64,000 nt of DNA from Squalus acanthias (GCA_030390025.1 CM059428.1:168578001-168642000); one strand, 5' to 3'; positions 13,200 to 25,586 are shown, counted from the stretch's first letter. Numbers and translations: made by a program. Notes: generated from the letters alone by a model not told the origin.

Positions 13200-14110
13200 G
13201 CTGCAAGCTGCTGTAGTGGCCCTTCCTCTTCTGCTCCTTCCTCGCCTTCACCCAAGTCTTCCTAATTAGATATGGGGAGTTCCTCCTGCTGTTCCTCTTC
13301 CATGTGCAACATGCAGCAAACTACCACAATGAGTTAGACTCTCTGTCGGTTGTACTGAAGCGAGCCTCCAGACCTATCCAGGCGCCTAAACTATTGCTTC
13401 GAGAGTCCAATCATGTGCTCGATGATCAACCTGTTGGCACAATGGCTCTGGTTGTACCTCATCAATTCGGGCATGCTGGGGTTACGGAGGCTATCATAAG
13501 GCATGTAAGGAGGGGGTAGTCCTTGTCCACTAACAGCCATACTCCTGTTCCTAAATGGGTGGAATAGTTAGGGGGGGATAGTTGACTGGTGCAGGATGAA
13601 GAAATCTGTGGCAGTGATCACTAACCAGCAACACATTGATAGAATGAAATTCTTTCCGGTTAACAAATGTTCCTGGCTGGTTTTTGTGGTGTCTTGATGG
13701 CTGCATGTACGCAGTCTATGACTCCCTGCAAACAACGGAAGCCAGCCACTAGAGCAAATCCCAGAGCCTTTTCATACTGACTGCTGGTGTACATTGGGAA
13801 GGTTATGTAGCTGTTGGCCCTGGCAAAGAGGACACTGTTTATTTGCTTAACGCATTTATGAACAGCAGACTGAGAGATTCGGTAAATATTCCCTGTAGTA
13901 TCCAGGAAGCAACCTGAGGCAAAGAAGCTAAGGGCTGTAGTGACTTTCACTACCACAGGCAAAATGGCCAACCGGACCAGCAAGCAGTAAGTCTTGTTGC
14001 AGAAGGCTGCAGAGGTCTGCTGCAGCCTGTCTGGAGAAGAGGAGCCTCTTCAAGCACTGTTCCTCAGACAGATTCCAGGAAACTCACTGGGCCTGTAAAC
14101 CCTATGGGCT
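13200..14110 (-). pseudogene. Harbinger (HARBI1-like, DDE_Tnp_4) transposase remnant
   Basis: LPVVVKVTTALSFFASG...ISQSAVHKCVKQ...GVIDCVH, then FVNRKEFHSINV and WLLVDKDYPL across frameshifts. Confidence 0.88.
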
Positions 14111-14630
14111 AAATAAAGCCTTATTCAAGCAGCCCTCCTCACCTCTTGTCTCCCAAGAGGCCCAGTTGCTGCTCCTCGGCACCGAGCAGCCTTTTGCTGT
14201 TGTTGCTCCTCTTCATGCAACCAAATCAAAGTAGCAAGAATGTCACCAATCATGAACCGTGAGCTTATTGAGAGCATGAAAGCAGAATAAATGTAGAAAA
14301 AAAGCAATCTTCAAGGCAAATACTCCTGTGAAAATTCAAATAGCGCAATAGCAAGCAGATACCTATGATTGAGTGCTTGCAGGTCAGTGCCCTTCTAAAT
14401 ACAATGACCGTTTGGAAACCAATCTTGCTAGATTTCACTCAGCGGGCTCAGCGCTGGGCAAGACCTCCATCTCTGCATGTTAAAATCACATCGGGGTTCT
14501 AATAACATCATAGGACCCCGATTTGCATTTTTTCATGATGCTCCTGCTGGCTTCCGGCAGGCAGCTTGGACGCCTAATACTGCCCAGTTAAGCTAACTGC
14601 AGGCGGGAATTAAGAGGGATGGGACAGTAA

Positions 14631-15369
14631 GGGCTGGATTTTGAATGACCCATGGAGTCGGGTTTGGAGGCGTGTGGGGGGTTAAATTTGCGGGGTCGGG
14701 GTTTCCGACCCCATCCCGACTCCATCCCGCCTCCACGCAATTTTGACATAATCAGTCGCGGGGTTCCCGATTCCGTCCCGCCTCCAAGAGGCGGGAGAGG
14801 CAATTAAAGCCCTTAACAAGCTCTCAATTGGCTCTGCAATGCGATTTTGAAACGCTGTAGCTAGTTTAACCCTCTTCTGACGTGAAGCACGCCTGGTGTG
14901 AAACACTCCAGTGAAACCTGGCGGGAGCACAAGTGGATAGCTGACTTTCGGCTGCAAGTCCACTATTACAACGGAGATGTGATGAAGGTGGTAGTGATGA
15001 AGGTGGTAGTGGTACTAGTTGCATTGAATGGCTTAAGAGACTGCCTGGGAGGACTTGCTTGGCAAAAAAACTCTCTCTCTCTCTCTTCCCCCCCCCCCCA
15101 TGTCTGCATCCAGGTCCACTCACATCATAAGCCAGGCAACCCCTCTCTCACCAACAGTCTCTGAGACTAGGCAGTCAGCAATGATGACATCATCAGAGGC
15201 GGGTTTCAGACTGAAAACACTAATTAGTTCATGGGTTCCCACATGCTCCAATTTAATTGCCCAATTAAGTGAAAATTGCATCAGGCACCCACATTAATCT
15301 GGAGTCGGGGGGGAAACACGAAATGCGGATTACACGACCCCAACCCGACCCCAGGACAAAATCCAGCCC
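14631..15369. mobile_element. Harbinger-type MITE
   Basis: 13-bp TIR gggctggattttg / caaaatccagccc with TAA duplicated (14628-14630, 15370-15372). Confidence 0.88.
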
Positions 15370-15514
15370 TAAGTGTCCCAATGTGATTTTTCTGTCCACT
15401 CCCATCCCGTTAATGCCAGGGGGACAGGGAGTTAAAGTCATCCGTTTCGACATTCTCACACTTATTGTATGAATAAAAACAGCCAAAATTCTGAAAGACA
15501 GAAGGGGCAATCTG

Positions 15515-16949
15515 ATGTGGCAAATGTGACACCATTGTTCAAGAAAGGGTGTAATCCTAGTAACTACAGGCCAGTCAGTTTAACATCAGTGGTGGGTAAA
15601 GTTTTAGAAACAATAATCAAGGAAAAAATTAATGGGCACTTGGAGAGGTTTAAGCTAATTAAGGAGAGCCAACACGGATTTGTAAAAGGCAGATCGTGTA
15701 TGACTAATTTAATTGAATTTTTTGAGGAATGTAACAGGGATTATTGATGAAGGGAATGCAATGGATGTTGTCTACATGGATTTTAGGAAGGCGTTTGACA
15801 AAGTACCACATAGAAGGCTGGTTAACAAAATTGAGGCTCATGGAATAGGTGGGTCAGTGGCAGCTTGGATAAGGAATTGGCTTAAGGACAGAAAACAGCG
15901 AGTTGTGGTAAATGGCTGCTTTTCAGACTGGAGGATGGTAGACAGTGGTGTTCCCCAAGGGTCAGTGCTGGGGCCACTGCTTTTTTTGATATATAAATGA
16001 CCTGGATATTGGAATACAAAGTAGAATTTCTAAATTTGCTGATGACACCAAACTTGGGGGTGTGGCAAACAGTGAGGATGATACCAATCGACTGCAACAG
16101 GACATAGAAAGGCTAGCAGAATGGGCAGACAAGTGGCAGATGGAATTTAATACAGAGAAGTGTGAGGTGATGCATTTTGGCAGAAGGTACAGGGAGAGGC
16201 AATATACACTTAATGGCACAGTTTTAAAGAGTGTGCAGGGACAGAGGGACCTGGGAGTTAATGTGCATAGGTCCCTGAAGGTGGCAGGACATATTGAGAG
16301 AGTGGTTAGCAAAGCATATGGGATCTTGGGCTTCATAATTAGAGGTATTGAGTACAAAAGTAGAGAAGTTATGCTGAACCTTTATAAAGCGCTGGTTAGG
16401 CCACAGCTGGAGTATTGCATCCAGTTCTGGTCACCACACTTTAGGAAGGATGTGAAGGCCCTTGAGAGGGTGCAGAGGAAATTTACCAGAATGGTTCAGG
16501 GGATGGGGGATCTTAGCTACAAGGACAGGTTGGAGAAGCTGGATTTGTTTTCATTAGAGCAAAGGAGGTTGAGGGGTGATTTGATAGAGGTGTACAAGAT
16601 TATGACGGGTTTGGATAGGCTGGACGGGGAAAGGCTGTTCCCACTAGTTGATGGTACAAGGACTAGGGGTCACAGATTTAAGGTTTTGGGTAAGAGATAC
16701 AGGGGGGATGTGAGGAAAAACTTTTTTATGCAGCGAGTGGTGAGGACCTGGAACTCGCTGCCGACGTAAGTGGTGGAAGCGGCGACACTCAAATGTTTTC
16801 AAGGGGAGACTGGATAGGCACTTGAGGGAAATAAACTTGCAGGGCTATGGGGTTAGAGCGGGGGAATGGGACTGACTGGATTGCTCTACAGAGAGCCGGC
16901 ACGGACTCGATGGGCCGAATGGCCGCCTTCTGTGCCGTTATGACTCTAT
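15515..16949 (+). mobile_element. 5'-truncated CR1 LINE (RT and C-terminus, frameshifted)
   Basis: NYRPVSLTSVVGK, MDFRKAFDKVPH, GVPQGSVLGP, FADD, then ORF 16062..16769. Tail gggccgaatggcc...tatgactctat. Confidence 0.94.
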
Positions 16950-17245
16950 GGGGGGAAAATTGAGTCGCGCCCCCTCTGGGGTGCTAACTTCGCCGGGGTG
17001 CTACTTTTAGCGCCCCGAAAAAATTAGCACCCCCGCGGCCGAAATTCATCGGTAGCGCCTCAAGAGGGAAGCGGGGCGCTACTGGAAGCACCCCGCCTCC
17101 CTCTTGGGGCGCTGCGAGGGAATATTGCAGCGCCATGCACTGCGGCATATCACGCCACAGTGCTGCAGGCCTTCTTCCCCTTCTTAAAGGGGAGGGGCCT
17201 TACGCAGCGCTAACGGGAGGCGCAAAGCAACCGAATTTTTCCCCT
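16950..17245. mobile_element. Small GC-rich MITE (Harbinger-like) abutting the CR1 tail
   Basis: Imperfect TIR gggggaaaatt / aatttttcccc. TAT on both sides. Internal hairpins. Confidence 0.65.
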
Positions 17246-18413
17246 TATGTCCTTTGTTATCTTAAACCACACACATCCATTTCACAAAGACAAGGAAGGT
17301 TTGATTAGACCAAAGGAGATGAGAATTAAAGTTAGATACAAGTAAACAAACTGACTCAGAGGAGAGAGAAAGTAAAGAAGTAGATTACTCACTGAACACA
17401 AATGTTTGCCCATGTACTCAGGAACAGTCAATAAATGTTAATATGATGTATTAAGAATTATGTATGTATTATTTAGTTTAAGGTAAATTCATAACCTAAT
17501 GTCAAATCTTTAAAATTTATAATCTGATATTTCCTTGTTAAACCTAGTGTTAAAGAGTTCACACTCTTCATTTTATACCGTACCACTTTACTGTTCTCTC
17601 CTCTACATACAAAATGTTCCACTCAATATAACCATGAGTTTAAGCACTACAGTGAAGACTAGTCTTGTGGCTGTATGAGTGAATCAATTCATTCAGGGCA
17701 AGAGAAGCAATATTAGACAATAAAACTAAAGGCGTATAAAAAAAACTTTAGATGACTGAAATTGCATAATGGGTCCATTAGTTTCAGAACTTATCAAGTA
17801 TAATACTTTGTTCCCGTAAACTTTTTAGGAAAGAGCTTCCTTCTGTTTTTATAAACACACAATACAATGACTTCATCTGCATTGGGAAATCTTTGCGTCA
17901 CTCACGCAGCAAAGCAAAAAAGATGTTCAGCTTTTCTAGAATCAGCTGAACAGAATTCGATCCCAAAAACATGGATGATTAATTCCCCCTGCACTAAAGT
18001 TAGTCAAGGCTGTAGATTTAACTATACCAGTCAAACAAAATTATGATGATGCACATGGATTAATAGCAAATGTCAGCTATTAACCAACGGCAAAATTAGA
18101 AGGTGATCAATGCATATCTTTAAACATTGATTAATAGCAATACATCTTTTCCTCTCTTTATATTTATATTGTAGAACATTTTGAAATAATAGAGTTTAAA
18201 CTGAATAATGTATAGGGGCCAATAAAGCAGTTCTTTGTGGTAGAAATTCTTTTATAAAGATTTGAGCTCCTGTACTCATTATATGATGCTACTGCTGGAT
18301 CAAGAAAAACAGCTGTTATTACAACAACAAAAAAATCATAAAATCAGAATTTACACTATAAATAGTAACGGTAAACACAAAAAAACAAATTACGTGATAG
18401 AAATGATCCAGAC

Positions 18414-18680
18414 CTGCGACTGTCAGGCGAGCTCTTGATTGTGTATTACCAATGTCACACGTGTAATGGTCACTATCGCTCTTCTCTAGCTGATTAATTG
18501 TAAGACTTAAGGAAGTGCCATCCTGGTTCATTTCATATTTCTTGTTTGGCTTGATGTCTGCCATCCCTTTTCTCCAGATAGGCTTGTCTGCTGGCTGTTC
18601 CGTTTCACATTCAAAAACTGCAGTTCCTTTCTCTTCAGTTTTTATGTCATGTAATTCCTTGGTAAATTGGTTTACTACTT
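18414..18680 (-). CDS. OBSCN: Obscurin exon R, Ig domain (267 nt; EVVNQFTKEL...ARLTVA)
   Basis: Acceptor ttctttccag|AA, donor GCAG|gtctgg (weak). Length and phase fit. Confidence 0.9.
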
Positions 18681-19628
18681 CTGGAAAGAATGTAAAACAT
18701 GCAAACAATATATTTACAAATAAATTAACTTTATGTTGCATACCCAAAAAACTATATGTTGTATACTTAACTGATGTATATACATTGTGATTCATTGGTC
18801 CCGCACTCCTAGCGGGGAGCGGTAATGACAGGGAGCGCATTTCAGGAAATTGCAGGAGTGTAGCAAGTGATTTTCTTCAGATGCACTTCCCACTTTCAGT
18901 AGAGGATCACAAAATCACCCTTACAGCGCAGCTTCCTGACTCCAATCATTTATAAAGTATCCTAAACCAATCTTTTAAGCTCCATGATTTGTTTTCTTTC
19001 TCCCTCCTTTAGGTTTTCCATGAACGATCCAAGTGGACAGGCAAGCAACCTACTCCCAAGTCCTCTACCAAAACTGCTCTATAACCAGTCGATAGAAAAT
19101 AGGTGTGAGCAATGGGAGTTGTTTTTCTGTCCAATTTTCTCTGATAGCAGGGAAGTATCTCACCTGCTGTTTTAAACTTTACCTCAGTGGTCCAGTTCAA
19201 ATTTTACATTCTCTATCTAGATATTCAGAGGTGCAAATGACCATCCCAGTACAGTTAATGCTGGGCTGCTATACCACCAATTATTATTAATGCATACCTT
19301 TCAGATATCAAAAACAGACAAAGTTGTACCACAAAGTATAGTTCAAAAACACAATTATAATACTTAGGCGCTTAAGCATTCTACTTAAATTAATGCACTA
19401 TTAATTTGTTAGCTATCGCCTAACTACTTAACTCTAGATTTAAATACAGTGCATAAGTTATTAAACAGTACATTAGCAGTGGATGGTGATTCAGGATGTT
19501 GATTGATGACTTGCGATGTCCTATCCACACACAGGCAATAGCTAAATTAATATGATGTAAAGTATGTGCAGATCTTGCTATTGACAATAGTGGAGAGGAA
19601 AAAGAGAATACAAAATGTATGTTTTTAC

Positions 19629-19895
19629 CATTCACAATGACAGTAGCTTTGGTTTTGGAAGTCTCTGTTCCACATGCATACTCTCCAGAATCTTTCGTAG
19701 TTACTTGATGAATTGTCAATTTGTTTACAGTTCCTTGCTGAGATATTTCATATTTCTGACTCTTTCTAATTCTTTTGTCATCCTTAAACCACTTCACTAA
19801 AGAATCAGGCTTGGAGGTTTCACAGCTCAAGTCAATCTTTTCACCTGCTATTGCCACCAAGTTCTCAAGTTGCTTCATGATTTCTGCTGGTTTTT
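19629..19895 (-). CDS. OBSCN: Obscurin exon Q, Ig domain (267 nt; EKPAEIMKQLE...ATVIVN)
   Basis: Acceptor gtgtttcag|AA, donor AATG|gtaaaa. Confidence 0.93.
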
Positions 19896-20649
19896 CTGAA
19901 ACACAAAAATTATTAATATTCTTACACTTTCAATCCTTACAGTTTAGGACTTTTATTAAATGTAATGATGGTTTGCATCAACAACACTGGCCCAGGAAGT
20001 CAGCTTAAAAGCTAAAAAGGTAGAAGAGGGAGGGAAAATAAAATGCGGAGTTGTCACTGGGTTCTTTTCCATGCCTCTTAGCAGCTTGCACTTGAGCAGT
20101 ATGAATGGCTACTCATGTAAAAGTTACCCCCTGCCCCCCACCTGGTCTTGTATGGTTTGGGAAGACTAGAAAGGGAGCACATAATAATAACAGGAGAGAG
20201 ATCAGGAACCTTTAAATAATAATCTTTGTTTAAGTGGTCTGTAGTAGACCACTGATCCTTCATTCTAAAGGAGCTAACATGCTGAGATGACAGGAGGTAA
20301 AGTAATCCTCTTGCAACACTTCTGCTCCATAAGAACAGTATGAATGGAACTGGTCTGTTTACAGTTTGTTTAGAGATCAGCAATTAATTTCTATCTCCCA
20401 CTAATCTCGCTAAATGAAAACTATTCCCAGTTGATATTATGCGGCCAACTGTGAAAACAGTTTTTCTCACGTGCAAAAGCTCTTCAGCTAGGACTATGGT
20501 ACATTATATTGTAGTTTGGTGTCCGTTTGAGCAGCGATAAAGCTCTTGTATTGATACAGCTAGTATAGATAAGTGCTTCGATGTGTTTTAGAAACTGTTT
20601 ATTGAATTTATAAAGGGGAGCTACTGACATCTGCCTAGGCAAACATTAA

Positions 20650-21472
20650 GGGTTGGATTTTCTCAATGGGAAGCTTTTGGAGGCGGGACTGCTGCTTGCC
20701 GGCATTCAATCCCGCCTCCATCAGCTTCTGGCCAACCAGCGGGATTTTTCTCCTGATTGACCTTGTTAAGCCCGCCCAGCGGGCTCAGCAGGCTAATTAG
20801 GGGGAAATCAGTGACAGAGCACATCAAAGTATGATGTGCCATCTGTCAAGAACTTTTGAAAGAAGAGATGTCATTGTTTGACAGCTCTGTGAAGCTGTCA
20901 AACACTGACATTCTGTGCAGTTTGATGAGGCCTTGTGTTCAGGACTCATCAAACCTTTCAACTTTGCAGAAATCACCTGGCTGTTGGTTCGGAGGATCCA
21001 ACAGTCAGTCTGTGATATCTACAATGGAGATGTCGGGACTCCGGCTCCATAGCGGCTGAAGGCTGTAAACAGAAACAAAGGTAAGTGAACATTTTCTAAC
21101 ACTTTACACTCACCTTACATACTTACCACTCCACACTTGCACCCATCACTCACCTCTACATCGCACTTTCAGACCCCTCTGACCCCCGCAGAGCTCCTAC
21201 CTGTCTCCTACACCCTGGCGGGGTTCCCCGAGGTCGGGAAGCCTGCACTTCGGAAGGAAAAATAGGGATAATCCTATTTTCTGCCTGTTAACTACCTGTT
21301 AACAGGCAGTTAATAGGCTTTAATCCCTTTCCCGCCTCGAGGAGACAGGACCCGGGGCAGGACAGCTTCCCGCCTCCTGGCAAGAGGGCACGGAGGCGGG
21401 TTTGCCACCCGCCCCCAAATTCTGCAACTTTACCGGCAGTCCCGCCTCCTCGGGGCTGACAAAATCCAGCCC
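20650..21472. mobile_element. Harbinger-type MITE, family copy 1
   Basis: TIR gggttggatttt / aaaatccagccc, TAA target duplication. Homologous along its length to 32098-32897. Confidence 0.87.
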
Positions 21473-21557
21473 TAAAATTCTGAACCCTTTCATATTGTTA
21501 AATGTGCAAAGAGTGTCACTGAGTACTCATATAAGTGGTGATGTAAACAGATCATAC

Positions 21558-21827
21558 CTTTCACCATCAGTGAGGCTTTTGAGCTAAGATTTCGGACATG
21601 GAAAACAACTTCTCCTGCATCTGAATGAGCTGCGTCCTTAATGCTGAGCATATATTTTCGGCCAATATTAAATGCCTCAAATCGTTCATTGCCTTCCACT
21701 AACTGCCCATTTACGGTCCAGTAATATTCATCGATGCTTTCATGAGAAAGTATGCATTCAAAAGATCCATTTTCTCCTTCTTTAATCTCTGTGCTCTTTA
21801 GCCGCTTTGTGATTCCAATGTTCAAAT
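21558..21827 (-). CDS. OBSCN: Obscurin exon P, Ig domain (270 nt; DLNIGITKRLK...ASLMVK)
   Basis: Acceptor attgttgcag|AT, donor AAAG|gtatga. Confidence 0.94.
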
Positions 21828-22348
21828 CTGCAACAATGTAGGTATTTAAAGCGAGAGCCACAGACATACTTGATTGTTGATTCTGCTGGACATTCGGCTT
21901 CAAGAATACTTTCCACCAGTTGTGGTGATCCTACCTGACTGCATTGGGGAACACTCTTACCCAAGTCACATCCATTGCAAATACAGATATATTGCTTGAA
22001 AGATGTTGTCAAACAGATATGGTAGCATAGTGATCTTTGGGTTTGTTGGTTGGCAAAATGTTTCTTAATATACCTGACAGTTGGCAATGCAGGATTCTAA
22101 AGCTACACTATGGGGCCATTATTGCAATCGGAGGCACATGACAATACAAACCGCCAGAGTTTACTTCACTCCCATAGTTTATTAGCATAAAATATCAGAG
22201 ATGGGTGGGGTGTTCTTATGGGATGAAATAAGGAAAAAGAATAAAGATGGTGGGTACAGCAAATCAAAAAGACTGTTTGCCTTTCCTGCCAAACCTAGAC
22301 AAAAAATACAAAGTATTTGTTTTAGAATTTCTTTTGGCCACATAATTT

Positions 22349-22526
22349 TTGGCCTAGAAATTCGTCTCGGGCAGCGGCACAAAACGGGCTGTATCGGATC
22401 GGCCGCCCGTTATACGCAGCGTCTGATACAGTCAATGGAACTGAATATCAGGCGCTACGTATAACGGATGGCCAATCCGATACCGCTCGTTTTTGTGCCA
22501 CTGCCCGAGACAAATTTTTAGACCAA
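22349..22526. repeat. About 175-bp near-perfect palindrome (hairpin MITE)
   Basis: Arms ggcctagaaattcgtctcgggcagcggcacaaaa...ttatacgcagcgtctgata and tatcaggcgctacgtataa...ttttgtgccactgcccgagacaaatttttagacc. Confidence 0.85.
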
Positions 22527-23347
22527 TATGTATGAGTCAGATATAATTCAATTTCTGTGCTATTTCTCTGGCCTAGTCATAGGCTTGGGGTTGATGAGCT
22601 TTACGCCAAGTTAAATTAAAATGAACTTTCAGATGGAACTCTGGTAGCTCATAGGCCTATACATTTGGCTGTGCAGCACCCGAAAAACAGGTGCTAATTA
22701 GACTACTAAGCCGCCAACTTGACAGACAGGAAGCGCACACACATTTCCGGCCAGAAGTGCGCCACATGCCATATTGGGAAAAGGAAAAATAGGCATTCCC
22801 CATCTTGATCACCAATGTTAACGTTAGACCAGATTAATTCTAAATCCTTAAGGTAGCTGACTTTTCCTGGGGCCCTTTTTCAGAGCACCTGTCCATCTCT
22901 GAGCGCATCTGAATTTATAGGGCCAAGTCATTAACATAACCTGGTCACACCCCCAGCACAGGCCTGCCCCCTAGCAAAGCTGAAAATGGAAGTACCTGCA
23001 GCTGCGGGACTGGCCACTAGCTTCAGGGCCATCTGATTCATATTGAACAAGAGTGGCCAAAAGGCCTTCAGGCCCAAAGAAGGCTGTATGAGAAAGGTGC
23101 CACTTATACTTACAGCCTCCCTAATCAAAGGGAATCCCAGGTGCACCACCAACTCCTTCAAGCGCACTTAAAAATGGCCACCCTTCATATGAAACCATAA
23201 GCAATTAAGCAGGAGAGCAGAGAACCTTCAACTGTTCCTCATATCCATTGGAACATTTGGCCTATCCTATTGCAGACTCAAACCCAGATCAGCCACTCTG
23301 GAGAATGCCAATAAATTCCAGGGCAAATATCCAGTGTCATAGGCCTT

Positions 23348-24095
23348 CAACAACAACAACAACTTGTATTTATATAGCACCTTTAACGTAGTAAAACGTC
23401 CCAAGGTGCTGCATAGGAATATTTTAAGACAAAAAATTTGACACCGATCCACATAAGGATAAATTAGGGCAGGAGACCAAAAGCTTGGTCAAAGAGGTAG
23501 GTTTTAAGGAGTGTCTTAAAGGAGGAAAGAGAGGAAGCGAGGTGGACAGGTTTAGGGAGGGAATTCCAGAGCTTAGGGCCTAGGCAACAGAAGGCACGGC
23601 CACCAAAAGTTGAGCGATTATAATCAGGGATGCTCAAGAGGGCAGAATTAGAGGAGCGCAGATATCTCAGGGGGAAAGGGGGGGGGGGGGTGGGTTGTGG
23701 GGCTGAAGGAAATTACAGAGATAGAAGGGGCGAGGCCATGGAGGGATTTGAAAACAAGAATGAGAATTTTGAAATCGAGGCACTGCTTAACCGGGAGCCA
23801 ATGTAGGTCAGCGGGCACAGGGGTGATGGGCGAACGGGACTTGGTGCGAGTTTGGACACGGGCAGCCGAGTTTTGGATGACCTCAAGTTTACGGAAGGTG
23901 GAATGTGGGAGGCCAGCCAGGAGTGCATTGGAATAGTCAAGTCTAGAGGTAACAAAGGCATGGATGAGGGTTTCAGCAGCAGATGAGCTGAGGCAAGGGC
24001 GAAGACGGGCGATGTTACGGAGGTGGAAGTAGGCGGTCTTTATTATGCTGCGGATATGTGGTCGGAAACTCATTTCAGGGTCAAATATGACACCA
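23348..24095 (-). mobile_element. L2 LINE 3' fragment
   Basis: YFHLRNIARLRPCLSSSAAETLIHAFVTSRLDYSNALL...LHWLPV. Tail gctatataaatacaag(ttg)n. Confidence 0.92.
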
Positions 24096-24293
24096 ACCCC
24101 TTTCTCATGACCATTGTACATGGGGAATAGGTGTTGCCTGGACGCTGTCCTCAGAAGAATCAGCCTCTTAAAGTCTCCCAATATTACAGCCTTATTACTT
24201 CTTCAAACCTCTCTGAATGATCTACAAATCTCTTCCTCTATTTGGTTTTCACTATTTATCAGTCTACAATGGACACCCAATAGTGTTGCATAC

Positions 24294-24560
24294 CTTGGAT
24301 GGTGACCTTAGCGCTTGCTTTGTCACCGCCTATGTCACAAGTATACACTCCTGCGTCACTTTTGTTCAGGTCATGTACTATAAGACAAAGTGTTTTTCCA
24401 GCATGCAGCAGTTCATATTTGTCACTTGAACCAAGAACCACATCATCTTTTCTCCATATGGGATTGACTTTGGGCTTAGATACTTCACATTCCAGTGTGA
24501 TCATTCCTCTCTCTTCCCCAACAATATCATCCAATGATTTCATGAAGACCACTGGCTTTT
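24294..24560 (-). CDS. OBSCN: Obscurin exon O, Ig domain (267 nt; EKPVVFMKSLDD...AKVTIQ)
   Basis: Acceptor catattgcag|AA, donor CAAG|gtatgc. Confidence 0.93.
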
Positions 24561-24671
24561 CTGCAATATGACAGATAGAAGACAAATACAGTCAGGTTTA
24601 TTTTCAAAATTTCCAGAGTAGCTAAAAATCTACCTTGCTAGTGGATTGTTCTAGCACAACTGGCTCTGGTG

Positions 24672-25586
24672 TTAGTACTGAGAGAGTACTGCATTGTCCT
24701 TTCGTGAGACTTTAAACCAACTTATATGGATGTTAAAGATCCCAATGCAGTATTGAAGAAAAAGGAGTTCTCCTGGTGACCTGCACAACATCCCTCCCTT
24801 AACCAATATCACCAAGAAAAAGATTAATTAGTCATTCATTTCACTGCTGTTTGGGAGATGCTTCAGACACAAAGCAACTGTCATGTTTACTTTTACAATA
24901 GTTACTGCATTTCCAAAGTAAGTGATGTTAAACTGATATCCCATCTGTCCTCTTGGATGGATGAGAAAGATCCCATGGCACTATTTAAAGAAGAGCAGGG
25001 GATCCAAGTTGACCTCCAGTGCAGTACTGAACGAGTGCTGCACTGTTGGAGGTGTCGTCTTTCAGATTAGAGGTCCCATCTGCCTCCTCAGGTAGATACA
25101 AAAGATCCCATGGCACTATTTTAAAGAGGAGCAGGGGAGTCCTGGCCAATATTTATCCCTCAACCAACAGCACTTAAAAAAATTATCTGGTCATTATCAC
25201 AATGCTGTGTGGGATCTTGTTGTGCACAAATTATTTGCCACGTTTTGTATATTACAACAGTGACAACACTTCAAAAAGTATTTCATTGGCTGTGAAGCGC
25301 CTAGGGACGTACTGAGGTCACGAAAGGCGCTATATAAATGCAAGTCTTTTTTTTTCTCCTGGTGTCTGACCAACCTTTATTTCTCAACCAACATTACTAA
25401 AAAAAAGCAGATTAACTGGTCATTTATCTCACTGCTATTTGTGGGATCATGCAGTCCACAAATTGGATGGCACATTTCCCTGCACTACAACAGTGACTAT
25501 ACTTCAAAAGTACTTCATTGGCTGTAAAAGCGCTTTGGACGTCCTGTGGTCATGAAAGTCACTATATAAATGCAAGTTTTTCTTTT
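24672..25586 (+). mobile_element. Cluster of three partial Deu-domain (SacSINE1-like) SINEs, one nested in another
   Basis: The core aaagatccca(t/a)...gagcagggga occurs three times. Two tails ctatataaatgcaagt (about 25330 and 25563). Confidence 0.85.

Larger units (their letters stand above)
11083..15445. mobile_element. Decayed PIF/Harbinger DNA transposon (Myb/SANT-like gene on +, DDE transposase on -), with a nested MITE
   Basis: Contains both Harbinger coding remnants in convergent orientation. Ends only approximately inferred from degenerate inverted similarity. Confidence 0.65.

Noticed and set aside
13660-13983. Domesticated HARBI1 gene
   Set aside because: Frameshifted and interrupted, lies beside a decayed Myb partner inside an intron, and is therefore a transposon relic.
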